Shown: positions 36,635 to 48,800 of the stretch, piece after piece
How the letters are laid out: each line of letters begins with the position of its first letter
Position numbering within the stretch: position 1 is the stretch's first letter
NCBI GenBank assembly: GCA_965113315.1
Contig: OZ220364.1
From: Podarcis vaucheri
Lineage: Eukaryota
DNA length: 64,000 nt
Direction: 5' to 3' (one strand)
Position numbers and translations under genes: made by a program
Notes under the pieces: generated by a model
What the model was told of the DNA's origin: nothing
Database searches by the model: none
The model's input: the letters and a program-made list of their open reading frames with translations, nothing else

Positions 36635-39600
36635 CTGAGATTATCAACAGATTCCCATAACTGCAGTGGTGGTCATCCTTCTGGAGTTCTGGAACCATAC
36701 AGGGAAAGATAGAGGTCAGATGAGATTCAAAGAGAAAGAATTAAGTAGTTAATAGGCAAGATACCCTCCGCAAACTTAGAAAAGGTCCTGGGAAAGGCTG
36801 TGAAGTGTGGGTAGGTCAGCAGCAGCAGATGATGATCATCATCATAGGGCCATGGCTAGCCCTGGAAATGCAGAGGGGCGTAAGACACCCAGGAGACAGG
36901 GAGAGCTGAGGAATGGTATTTATGGAAGGATGGGTGTGCATGGAACCTGTGCCTTTCTCCCCTCAAAGAGGTTTATACTTCTGATGCTCTTAAGCAGTCA
37001 CCAGACTATTCAGGAGACCCTTTCCACCGGACGCCAGCGGAGTAGCTCAGATGTGCTCGCTTTCCCAAACAATTTACGTGGCTGAGGGTATGGGGTGCTA
37101 AAAAAGCAGCTGCACAAACCAATGTGCATTATAATGATGGGCTCATGCACCTGTGTTGACTAGTTGTATGGCTGTGGATGCACATGAGAATGCGCATCCC
37201 ATTGAGGGGAGTGTTGTGCTGACAATATTGTGACGATCTGGGGTCATAAGCGGTACAGGGTTTCCTACAGTTTCGGCGCTCAGATGCACGTTCTACCTCT
37301 TTTCTTTTTTCATCCTCTCTGCCTAGTTTTGCTGGAGTTTGCACCTAGCTGCCAATTTCTTTTCTGGCTCAAAATAAATTAGATTGAATCGGAACATAAG
37401 GAAAGCTCAGTATAATTGTGCACCAGAGGAACAACAGTATTCCACATCAGAAATCAATCCTTGTGGATTACTATGACATTCCTAGGTGTCAGCTTGTGAG
37501 GGTGGATGTCCTACTGGAGCTTCAAGAGCCTCATGGCTTTTATGAGATGGATGAGGTGAGGTAACCTGGCTGAGAAGTTCCTTTTGTGGCAGTGCACAAT
37601 TTTAATCCTTCACCTAGGTCACCACACTGCCTAATGCCAGCACTGATAGTGATTTCATCATAACAATTAGGCTCATCCTTCTATATGATAAAAATGCTAC
37701 CACATTTATATGTAACTGACTGCATTCAGTTCAAGCATGCATGAAATAATTTTCTCCCTACAGCAAATCGTTGGATCAGAACCTCTTGGTATAAAAATGC
37801 ATCAATTTTTCTTTCTGATGGAAACTAAAGTTACAATTTATTAAGCAAGAAGAAAGCAGTTAATTAAGATCAGTCAAATACAAAAGATAGGGCAAAAATG
37901 TTCCAATCGTTATTTATAAAAAGATGTCAGGTGCAATTATATATAAAATAGTATTTATTTGATTCATTATTAATAACTGTATGCTTTGAGAAAAACAATA
38001 ATTTTTTCTGAAGCTTCTTCCAGAGCTCTTGTACTATCATCTTCATCACTCACCTGAATGTTGACACTTCCTGCTGTGCATATATAAATTAACCAGTAAC
38101 ACTGCCATTATAAAAATGTTGCATTAAATTAAGAGAAATGTAAACCACTGTGCAGTAAAAAGAAGAAAAATCTCTGACACCTTTAAGCCAAATGTGCACT
38201 GCATATAAATAACAACAACTCCCATCACACTTATTTTAATGATGACTTTATCATAATGTGGACACAAATAAAATTAATATGGAGTTAACTGCTTCAGTGC
38301 CCCACGGATGAAGTACCCAGACATGTCAATTATAACCACAGAACCAGGCAAATAGATAGGTAGCAGGGGGATTCTTGTATTACAGCTATCTGTTTGGTTT
38401 CTCTTTAGGATGAACAGAGTATATTATTCTTTAGGGTTTTCATTATGACTTGTTTCACCAGAAATGAAATCCCTTGATAAAAGAAGACACAGATCAATAA
38501 ACAATACCCTCCAGAAGTAATATATGCTACCATTTGCAATCACTGAAATAATTCCATCCTTCCTCTGTAAACAGAAACATTTTAAATCTGTACTTATACT
38601 GCAGATTCCTGTGGTGTGCTCATCTGTAGGCTGAATGGTTTGATGTTGTCACCCATTGTATCCTTCATGGACCATGGAGCCACAGTTGTTATGTTAAACC
38701 TTGTGCAAATAAAGCATCCAATCTTACATGCCTTCCTCCCTTTTTGATGCTGCTATTTTCTTGATCCATCTCTGTAATCTCAACATGGGAGAAGATTCTG
38801 CTCTGGCTTGCAGTCCCGGAATAACTCTGGCAGGTAACAGAGAGGTGTGTCCTTGACTCCACACCTAAAGCTCCCAGCCCTGTGGGAGAAGCCTTAATCC
38901 TGCACTCTCTCATGGGTCTGCCCCAGTCCCAGTGACAACTTTACGTTACAGCTGCATAACAGGTGGCATAACTTTAAATACCACCACCGAGGCAAATAAG
39001 GAGAATCCCGGACAGATGCTCCCTTCCTCCCCACGCCAGTGGAGAACTGGACCCCAACTTGTTTAGCATCCAATCGTAATATATCACCATAAGTGCCCCA
39101 TACAGGGAACACTGATTTCATGTATCAAGAGACACAATTTATAACACTACACATCTTTGATTTCATGTATGAATCAACTCAAAACACATGTTAATGATTG
39201 GGTACATCTCAGTTGCTCCTCTGTTTGTTTTTGAAGCTTTCAAAGGCACAGGGCCCCTGCAAGAACAAAAAGGCTGGCAAACTCATTCCCCTGCCCATTG
39301 CAGTTTCTTACGATCACTTCTGTCAATCACTCACCTGCTCCTCCTGGACATGTTTGCCCAGTGGACAGCAGCAATCCTTTTTGATGGGAGGGAGGCAAGC
39401 CACCACTCAGCTTTGATACATGGTGGGGAGCTACTAAAGGAACATGCCTGGCGAGAGTGGGTAAATGATTGTCAACAGCAGCAGTAACCAGCAGCAGAGC
39501 AGAGCAGAGTGTGGGCCCCCATTATAGTGGTAATTCTGAGGTGCTGTGGGGTATCATGGCCATAGGAACACCCTGTACATTATCTATAGTAATCAGAGTA

Positions 39601-40189
39601 GTTTACATTAATGCAAGCCTGCATTGCTGTCTCTTGCTGAAAAGCAAAACTAGATTGAGCAAAAGCAAATTAATAAATCTCATGTTGATGAATTCACCAT
39701 ATTCCTATTTCATTATGGCTACCATCTTACATGAATAATATTTACCGGAACATCAGAAAAACTCAATTTGTGAACCCGGGTTACTCATATTCTCATTATC
39801 TAAATTATATTTGGGTGGCTTGTGTAGCTTCAAATCTCTCTCTCTCTCTCTCTTTAAATAAGGTGACCTATTATCTGAATTGTGGCTTATCCAAACATTT
39901 AGAATGTCCCCAACACCATTTGGATGCATGAGGATTCATTGCCTTGCCAAATTACTATTAAGTGTTCCACAACTGTCATCAATTGTATAAATGTGTTTAT
40001 GCACTGCATACATATTTTATGTGTGCATGCGTGTTATAATCCATGTGTCATTTATACTATGTATTCAGTTATGTGAATTCTGCCTGAAGATTTGGAAGGA
40101 GAGCAAATGGCTCACCCTTTCCCTAAATAGTTGTTGTATTTCTTATCACTTAGTATCGCTGAATTCCATTAATTTCCAACAAATCTTAC

Positions 40190-40760
40190 AACTGGGGATA
40201 ATGTCACACTTGTAGATAATTTTAAGAACACATTACCAAGGTTTTGGAATCAGGTCTGTGTCAGAAATATGGAAACCATGGATCATGTAAACCACTGGAT
40301 GTGCTGCCTTTGTGCATTCTGATTGTGTCGAGGTATAATCAAGCTACAGAAATTGTATTGTAGACAGTTGGCAATAAAACATGGACTACTTGAAGCTGAG
40401 CCTGTGCCGCATTATGAATGCTTACCTGATCCAGTTTTAGAGAATGTTAATTTCACACTCTATTGGGATAAACCTGTAAATAGTACTGACAAATCAGCAG
40501 GTTATAATAATCCAAGCAATAAAAATATACACAGCAATTCCTCTTACACGCAAAATGAAAAAAATAAAGAAACCGACAAGAAATCCACTTTACAATAGAA
40601 ATAGGATGTATGTTGGGACTCACCAAAATGTAGAGGGATCTGCGTCTGTGTATCTGTGTATAATATATCCCCTCCAAAATTAATAGCTATCCCTACCTTT
40701 GGAAATACCTTATTAAACACCATTGCCCCAAAACAAAACCAATTATTTGTCATCATTGTC
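40190..40760 (+). mobile_element. Decayed R4/Dong-clade non-LTR retrotransposon fragment (CCHC knuckle plus restriction-like endonuclease region)
   Basis: Stitched across frameshifts: C...ETMDHV.TGCAAF..SD..RYNQ..EIV.RQLAIKHGLL...PHY..LPDPVLEN.NFTLYWDKPV.TDK....NNP...AIPLT. Confidence 0.75.
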
Positions 40761-43700
40761 ATGCAGCATTCTGTTCCCAATGGTAGCTAGGCAGATGCTT
40801 CTATATAGTGGTACATTATTGTGGTGTCTAACCCCTGTTGCTTGTCCCCTGTACTTGCTTACTCACAAGTACCCTGCCTTGGAACATGGAAGTTCCATCT
40901 TGGCCATGGTAGACCTACCTTTCCTGAAATCCCTCCCACATATCTTCCCACATATCTTTGTCTATACATAAAAACCATCTCTTGTCATGGTCCGCCTCCA
41001 GCGTGACCAGTGGATGGAAATGCAAGGGAAACAGTTGATCCTGGACAAGATGAAAGTGATGGATGAGCTCGTTATTATATTTATTTTCAATCTAGAGAGA
41101 ATATTAGTTTAAGGGTTATAATTTGAAGCAGGGGTGGAAACTCTTTTTTTTCTATAAATGGACGTTGAGCCACAGGAAAAGTCAGTGGTCTGAGCCACAG
41201 GTTAGTAGAGCCAAGCTTTTTTCTCAATCCCCTCTTTTCTGCCTCCATCTTTCTGCTTCCTCGTCTTCTGAGTCATGGTGGTGGCTGGGTGTGTTCTCAC
41301 TTACAAACCCTTCCTTCTCATGTACAAATTCTCTCAAGTTTATGCTTCACAAAAGATGCCACTATCTTCCTCCCACCAGCAGCACAGCATAGACCATTAC
41401 AAGCACCACAGTAGGCAAACAGCACCCGAACCAACCAATCCACCTTGGAACCAACAAGCCAGCCTCCTTCCTCAGAAAACTCTAGATTCAGGCCCAACTT
41501 GCTCTTCTCTGTGTGCATATGCAGGACTGCGGCATCCAGCGAGCCCAAAGCAGACCTGGAGTGACCTTTTCAACACAGCAGTTTCCCCACAATGCCTTAA
41601 AATACCCCTTGTGTGCATGTGTAAGTAGATGGGTTTTCTATGAAATAAAAAGTCCTGGGTAAAGAAATAAAGCCACTTAGCTGTCAAAAATGAAAATTGA
41701 AGATGGTTCCTTGGTGAATTTTAGGTGTTGTGATACAAAAGAAGGTGAAGGAGGTCACTTAGATAAATTGGGACCATGCTGTTTAAGATTTCTTAGCATC
41801 ACTAGTAAATATAGATTGTAAGTATGCTGGAAATTCCCCTTCTTCAGTTCAAGGATACTGTGGTGTGTGCAAAGAGGAAAGTTCCATTTATGTGTGGTTT
41901 GTTCCATTTTCAGGCTCTCATTCTTGATTCCCATATTCTGCCCTAATTGTGCTGCAGTTATTCAGTAGTCCTAAGTGCGTATACAAGCGACTCTCAACTT
42001 ACAAGGGTTCCAGGGATAGAGCATAAAGCTAAAATCGTGTCTAGTCAAAACTGCAGTGGTGCAAATACAGTGGTAGGTGGGATTGCCAAAGTCTTTTTTC
42101 CCCTAGATGTCCATCCTCTTTTTGTCCTATTTTTATTTATTTCTTATTTTTTGTCAAATGCACAAAGCTGAATGTGCACAAGTTAAATGCACATACGTTG
42201 TGACATTAAGGTATAATTTCATTTTTGGTTTCCCCATTTCTATCTTCACAACAGTCCTGCAAGGTAGCTTAGTGAACCTTGTGGGTCAACATAGTGCAAG
42301 AGGAAGAATAATACCCTTTGCTCCTGAAATTGAGGTGTGTTGTACAATATGTGTACCGCATTTCCACATTCTGAAATTTGGACTACATTCTCTATCAATA
42401 ACATGGAGTTGAAAGGCTGTATGACATCAAGTTGTGGTAAGGAAGAGTTACAGAGCACTTTACCATGGAGAATACTGTATAAACAATATTTTAAAATGCA
42501 TACTTCTAGCTTGTTTGCCACAAGGTAGTTATGTGATCATGAATCTAAGAGGCACAGTTAGCAGAGTAGCAAAACTGAGATCTGCAAGTGAAAATACTGT
42601 GAAAAGCGTTAACTAAATAGCCTCCATCTCCCTCCTTCCCCTCCCAACACCTTTAGGCACTCAAACACCTGCAGCCTCTAAGGATATAAAATAAACAGGT
42701 ATTATTATTTCACTTCAACCCCCATCATTATTCTCTCTATAATTTTTGTTTAAATAATATGTGCAGTTTGCAAAGAAGGTTGTGCGATATTTACAATCAG
42801 ATCCCATGTTCTTGATACCCAGATTTATCGTTTGACTTGTGCCTATTGATTTAAAAGCCAGGATCTTTCTCATTCATGGAGGTTCCTTCTGGCAGATTTA
42901 AGATCTTGTAAATATTCATAACTGGGGTTGCGGGGGGTCAACTTTTTAGTGACCTGGACAAAACATTCCATTAATTTGTTATCTAATACAAAAACACTTC
43001 AAGCAACAGAAAGCAATCCATATCACAAGATCACAAGTTGTCAGGGAGCTGGATCCTTTGTCTTGTGAGCAGCCCCCCACCATTGGTTGTTTGTTGTCCT
43101 TTGCTTTTGTAAATAATGCATATTTGTGACTGCTAATGGTAATTAGCCCATTTAATTTTTTCAGTTATGTGCTAAGGAAATAACTGAAAAAGCTGCAAAC
43201 TGCACACAGTTTCTTCAATTATATATATTAAAAGTCAGATTGGCCCCTCTTTGTAGATAACATTGAAAAGAAATGAACCAATCTAGTGTTAAATGCCCTT
43301 GGTTGAGTGGAAATATATTTATGTTACAGTTTCCATGGATAAAAAACAAAAAAGAGAGACCAGTATTTTCATTCCGGTTGGATTAATGATTAAGGCAAAA
43401 TAGTATTTCTTTCTTCTTGGATATTTGACACATTGAGTGATTGTTCTGCATTAATTACACAGAATAATCAAACCAAGTATCGCAAATGTCCCGGCACAGA
43501 CCAAGTCATCATCTGCTACCAAGTTCAGAAATATTTGTTTGGTGGCCTTAACAACAGGTTGATAAAACTCTTTTTATTTGGAAAATACTGATCTGCGGGA
43601 TATAACAGATATATTTGTGTATTGTGAGTACATTTTAACATATTATCATTCCCTAGTATGTGATTCATTTCCTTTTGCTTTGTTTAGAAGGGGTGAGTTG

Positions 43701-43999
43701 CAGTTCCCTACATAGGCAGGGCAGATTGATAATTTGCGCAAACTCTCCTTGGAGAGCTATTTGTGTTTGTGTGCGAGAAAGAAAATATACACGTACATAT
43801 ATATACAGGCGCATACAAATCCTGTCATGCATAATCTGTGCGAGGCAGAAAAAAACTCCAAAAGACTAGAGTTTGGTAAAAGAACAGTAATAATAATTTT
43901 GCATAAGAGGGGGTAAAAGTTACATTCCCCACCCGGAAAGACTGTTTTGCAGCACAAAATCACCCACCCACCCACCTCCTCAGCATGTAATTATCTCTT

Positions 44000-44389
44000 T
44001 TTTGGCCTATCCAATTTGAGCTGATTGTTGTGAAGCCTTTGCGTTAGCTTGCTGCTCTCTAGTGTCACGTAGCCTCTGCCGAACAAAATTGCTCTTTAAA
44101 GGTTAGATTGGTAAGATGCTTTCTGTTAGTAAATAGAGGGGTTGTTGGTTTGCTTTTTGTTTTGGGAAGGTGAGGTGGGGGGATTGTCTTCGGATTGTGG
44201 GGTGTGTGGAGAGAAAAAAAGAAATAGTTCGGAAGAGGTCTTTGATTAAGAGTAAGTGTGCGCTCTTTGCCCTGCTTTTTAGCGCGCAGATACAAACACA
44301 GTCGGGTCAAAGGGTTAACAGCAATTAACTGTAGTTGCGTTGGAGACAAAAGCGTTATTTCACAAAAGCATTATTTCACCTGCTGTCAG

Positions 44390-44427
<38 letters not shown>

Positions 44428-44660
44428 GCCCATTGTGTAGGGGTGTTTGAACTGATTATGTTTAGAGGCTGGTTGTGATTGGTGGAGAAGGGCGTGGCTG
44501 ATTGGGTAGTTTTGCATCTTGTCAGCCCAGGAGCACCCTTGTGCGTGCAATCTGTCTGTAACCTGAGGAAGCTAGAGACTGTACAACAAGGCTTTAATAG
44601 AAGCTTCATGGCCCAGCACTCTGTTTGTGGTGGTGGCAGCTAAATGGAGTTTGTCAGGTT
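44000..44660 (+). promoter_or_regulatory. Probable internal (alternative) FOXP1 promoter
   Basis: ATTGG 44478-44482, GC box GGGCGTGGC 44490-44498, CTGATTGG 44498-44505, further CCAAT 44011 and ATTGG 44107, (AG)16 at 44393-44424. Locally more CpG and no TE signatures. About 12 kb upstream of the ATGATG-containing exon. Confidence 0.6.
44393..44424. repeat. (AG)16 microsatellite
   Basis: Direct. Confidence 0.92.
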
Positions 44661-45828
44661 TGTCAATATGATTGATTTTACGATTTTCTTCTTAAGAGAA
44701 AAACCTTACTTTATGCACAGTTATAATAATGGTCTTCAATTTTGCAAGGGCTGTTTTCCTATCTCTCCCTCCCTCTCTTTCGTTTTCTTTTTTAAACTTG
44801 AAATCTGTCGTTTGCCAACTTCTTGATCAAGAGTTTTATGGAGGTGCTTTAAAAAAAAACCAGACTTTTTGGGGGGTGGGAGAGAGAGAAAGAGACAGTG
44901 TGCAGGCCTGCTTTTCTCCATATCCAGAAGTTTGGGAAAGATTTGGGAACATTTTTTGAAAGGGGGGGGGAGTGAAAGCAATGCATGCTCTGTTATTTAC
45001 TACTGTGCTGCTCTCTTGTAGCAAGTGCAAAGCTTCGTGAGGAGTTAGATTTAAGAGAATACTGTGTGATTGTGGACAGTTTACTGAAGATGTTTTAAGA
45101 GAATCTACAGAAATATTATTTTTTCTCTGTTGCTGCTTTTACTTTTACAGAATTCTTTGCAGTATTTGTGGCTTGGGTGTCTTCATAGTATTTTGGGAAA
45201 AAGAAAGGGAAGGGGTAAAACTACAGATCTGTAAAATGCTGTGCCAGGCACAGTTGTGTTTGATTTTACTTGCCAGTCAATTTGCCACGTGAAATTAAGT
45301 ATGGGAAGGTGTGTTTTTTTTACACCGACTGGTATTAATGTGTTCTGAAGAAATAAGTGTAACTGGATCTAACTGTAACTAAGCTAAGTGTCAGTCCTGC
45401 TGTACTGAATTTTTCTGCAAAATGAGATTATTTTTCTAAGGGGTGGTGGTAGTAGGGAGGAGGGAACTGTTAGGAAGTGGGTGGTTAGTTTAGAGCAAAG
45501 TGCACATACATGCTTCCTCTTTGAGATTAACTCTTTCATACCTGACATAGTTGAGAGAGGAGAGGAGCTGAATAGGTCAAATAGGCATTCGTTTGTGGAA
45601 AGTTTGCAGAAAGTGTGGATTTAAATGTAAAGCGCTGTTTTAGAAATAGATAGCAGTGTTCTGAAGATGCTGCATTTAAAAAAAATAGTGAAGGCAAGCT
45701 TCATGAGCAGGAAATAGTCTTTGTTCTAAATGAATAAGATTTGTTTCTGGAGAAAAGTTAAAGGGCTGTTGATGTATAATTATTAAAGTGGCATAAATTG
45801 CTGTATTTGTAGGAAACATGGAAATGTC

Positions 45829-45871
<43 letters not shown>
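45829..45871. repeat. Compound (AT)n(GT)n microsatellite
   Basis: Direct. Confidence 0.9.
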
Positions 45872-48800
45872 GGTCTAAATTTGAAACATCTAAAAAAAAT
45901 CTGTGTTTAGATAGCAAGATACAAACATAAATGCATGCACATAAGTGCCTTGTAAGCTTATGTAACAGCTCCAGCAGGATTAGTGATATGGGCTATTCAC
46001 AATCAGGTTCTAAGTAGATTTAATGTAAATACACTTACGTTTCTTGCCCACTTCGAGTTCAGATTGAACAGAAAATATATATATACACTGAGCAGATACA
46101 TGTATAGATGGGTGGCTTAAATGTATGAGCGCTTTGTGATATATTTTTACCCTTGTAGCAATGTGGGATATTTGTTCTTGAAGCAATGCTGCTCTTCTAC
46201 TACTGCAGCTTCCCTTCAATAAACAGATAAACATTCTGTTTTAGGCAGCTTTAAATAATCATACTGCCTTCCCGGTACTCTCCAAAATTGCATTGATAAG
46301 GATGTAAATCTGAAAACAAACCCTGTCCAAACAGTATAGCTGATTTGGCCTAGGATGCGATAGAGCTGAACTGAAAACTGATTGGCCTGACACTTTATAA
46401 TCAAAGCTGATTTATTGTTCATTAGTAGTGCATTAGCCCTTTCAGGCAAGACAGTTATTTGTGTAGGGGCCTGTCAAACAAAAGACTGCTAGCACCTGTC
46501 ATTTTTAAACCCTGAGATAAGCAAAAAGATATTAAGATAATGCAAATAGAAATATATGCCTGCAAGAGGTAAACTCTTTGCCTGTGAGCCTCCACTTAAA
46601 AATAACACTTTAAAAATTCCAGGCCTGCATTCGTTGCACAGATAAACCTTATTAGGGATAAAAACGCATCCCAGTGGGAAAAAAGTGATGCTTTTAATCA
46701 GGGGGTTTGAACCTCATTCAGCATGGTGTGCTTCTCAACATATAAAATTGAGACATGCCTTGGGGAAGGGGCCCCAGGTTAGAAAGTTTGAAATTAGGAG
46801 ATTGCCACTAGCTTTTACGGATCTGTGATTTTATTGTGGATTTCTTTTTCTTTCTTTTTTATTGTCTTTTGTTTTGTTTTGCCCTAAACTATTGCATTAG
46901 TTTATATTGTTAACTTCATTTTGTTGGTTGTCTATTTCCATCCCTGAGACCTTCCAGTGAAGGGGTGGGTGCTATGAATGCTTTTAGTAAATAAATAATG
47001 AAATAACGGCTGCTGGCTGATTTAACCTTTCAGATATTTTTCTTGTTGATTTTTATTTGCCAATACAACATAGTTAATTGCCTATATATAGATATATATA
47101 TGCCCATTGCCAGCACACTGTCAGAAATGGACTTGTACCATAAAATGCTGCCTGTACCATCAGGGGTTAATTAAGTGAAAACATGATGACATCACAGCAG
47201 AGCTGCGAGAAAGTCAAGATATATCTCCTGCTGTATTGGGACACATTTCTGCAAATTCCCACTGCCCTCTCATTCTTTCACTCCCACTGCCCCCACCCCC
47301 TTCTGCCCCATTACTTAGGAATGATCTCATGACACAAACCAGAAAACAACACAAGCGTCAAAAGAAAACAAAATTAGTCAACTTTTGTCTGCCACCATAG
47401 AAACAAGGATTAACTTATGTTATTCCAGAGTCGTGGAGAGGAGACTATCTGCATGAGGATATATAGGGCATTGTCTTCTGTGAATTTTTCATTTGACAGG
47501 GATTTTGGAGGCTATGATCTTAATTAAATCTCAACTGGCTCAAATAATGCATCTAAAAAGGCATGCAGTGTTGCGTAACCTTGCTGAGTTAGTAAACCAT
47601 AAATCATCAGAAAGCTTATGATAGGGAGTTATTCTCTCTCTCTGAGGTTTTGTTCACCATTTGTTAGTTTTGGTTATTTTTTAAAATGCACATTGCTTTT
47701 TAATCGCAGTCCCCCTACCCTACCCCCTTCCCTCTCTCTCACCCCCCCCGTAATATAAGGAGAATTAGGAGATGCCATGCCCAATAGCATCGGAGTGATG
47801 CAATGAAACTGACATGAGATCATAACTTTCTATAGCTTTTCACACAGTTGTCTGCCTGATAGCATGATGCGAACTCTGCCTGCAGTTTTTCAAAATCGGA
47901 ACATCTTAAGAGGGAAATTTTAGATGATCTGTGCCAGGACAGTTAAATTAGTACACCATCACACCTATGTACGTCGTCTCTGTTCCTCACTGAAATTCAG
48001 GGCTTCCTGAAAATTATTAAGCAGCCTTATAGAAATGGGTAGCATCACCATTATTCAGTTTTAATAGACAATTGCTGAAAAGTGGCCAGGTTTTCTTTTC
48101 TTTTGTTATTATTATTGCAGATGGTCATATACACAGCGGTGCTTCCTCAGGTATGTTCACAAATAAAGCAAAATAGATAACGTGTGTGTCTATGTTGACA
48201 GTGAAGGCTATTGATTATATATGGCAGACAAAATTGGTATGTTACAGACACAGAGCAAATGTGTTAATGCAATAATTTACTTACCTTCTTGAGCAGTCTG
48301 CTTTTGGGAGTTGCTGCTACCTAGAAATACATAGGGAAAACCCCATGTTTCTTCCCATTATATTTCTGGTTCTTTTTAATGTGCTGGAAGTATAAATGGG
48401 TAGCTGTTTACAGTGCAGCAGGCTGATACTTTGGGGGAGATGCTTGCGAACTCTTAGTCCGGTTCAGAGGTAAGAAAGTCTTGCTGAACTTAAAAGTTTA
48501 TAGAGTGAAGAGGCAGAGGAAGAGAGGCACAATGTCAACAGCTGTTTTTTTAGCTTGACAGAGACACCTTAGTTTTTCTTCGAGGAAATGTTTATTACTT
48601 GATAGGTAAGCATTGTGATCTGTTCTCTCACCCCCCACCACTGTGCTTGGGAAAATAAAGAGATAAAGAGTGGGATCCCAGCCTGCCCACCCCCATCCAC
48701 ACCTGCGTGGCTCAATTGTGGGAAAGTTCTGACACCCGCAGTCTCAACTTGATAGTGTTTGGTGAGAAGCTTGGCCGGCTGTAAGCAGTTTGTTTGTTTT

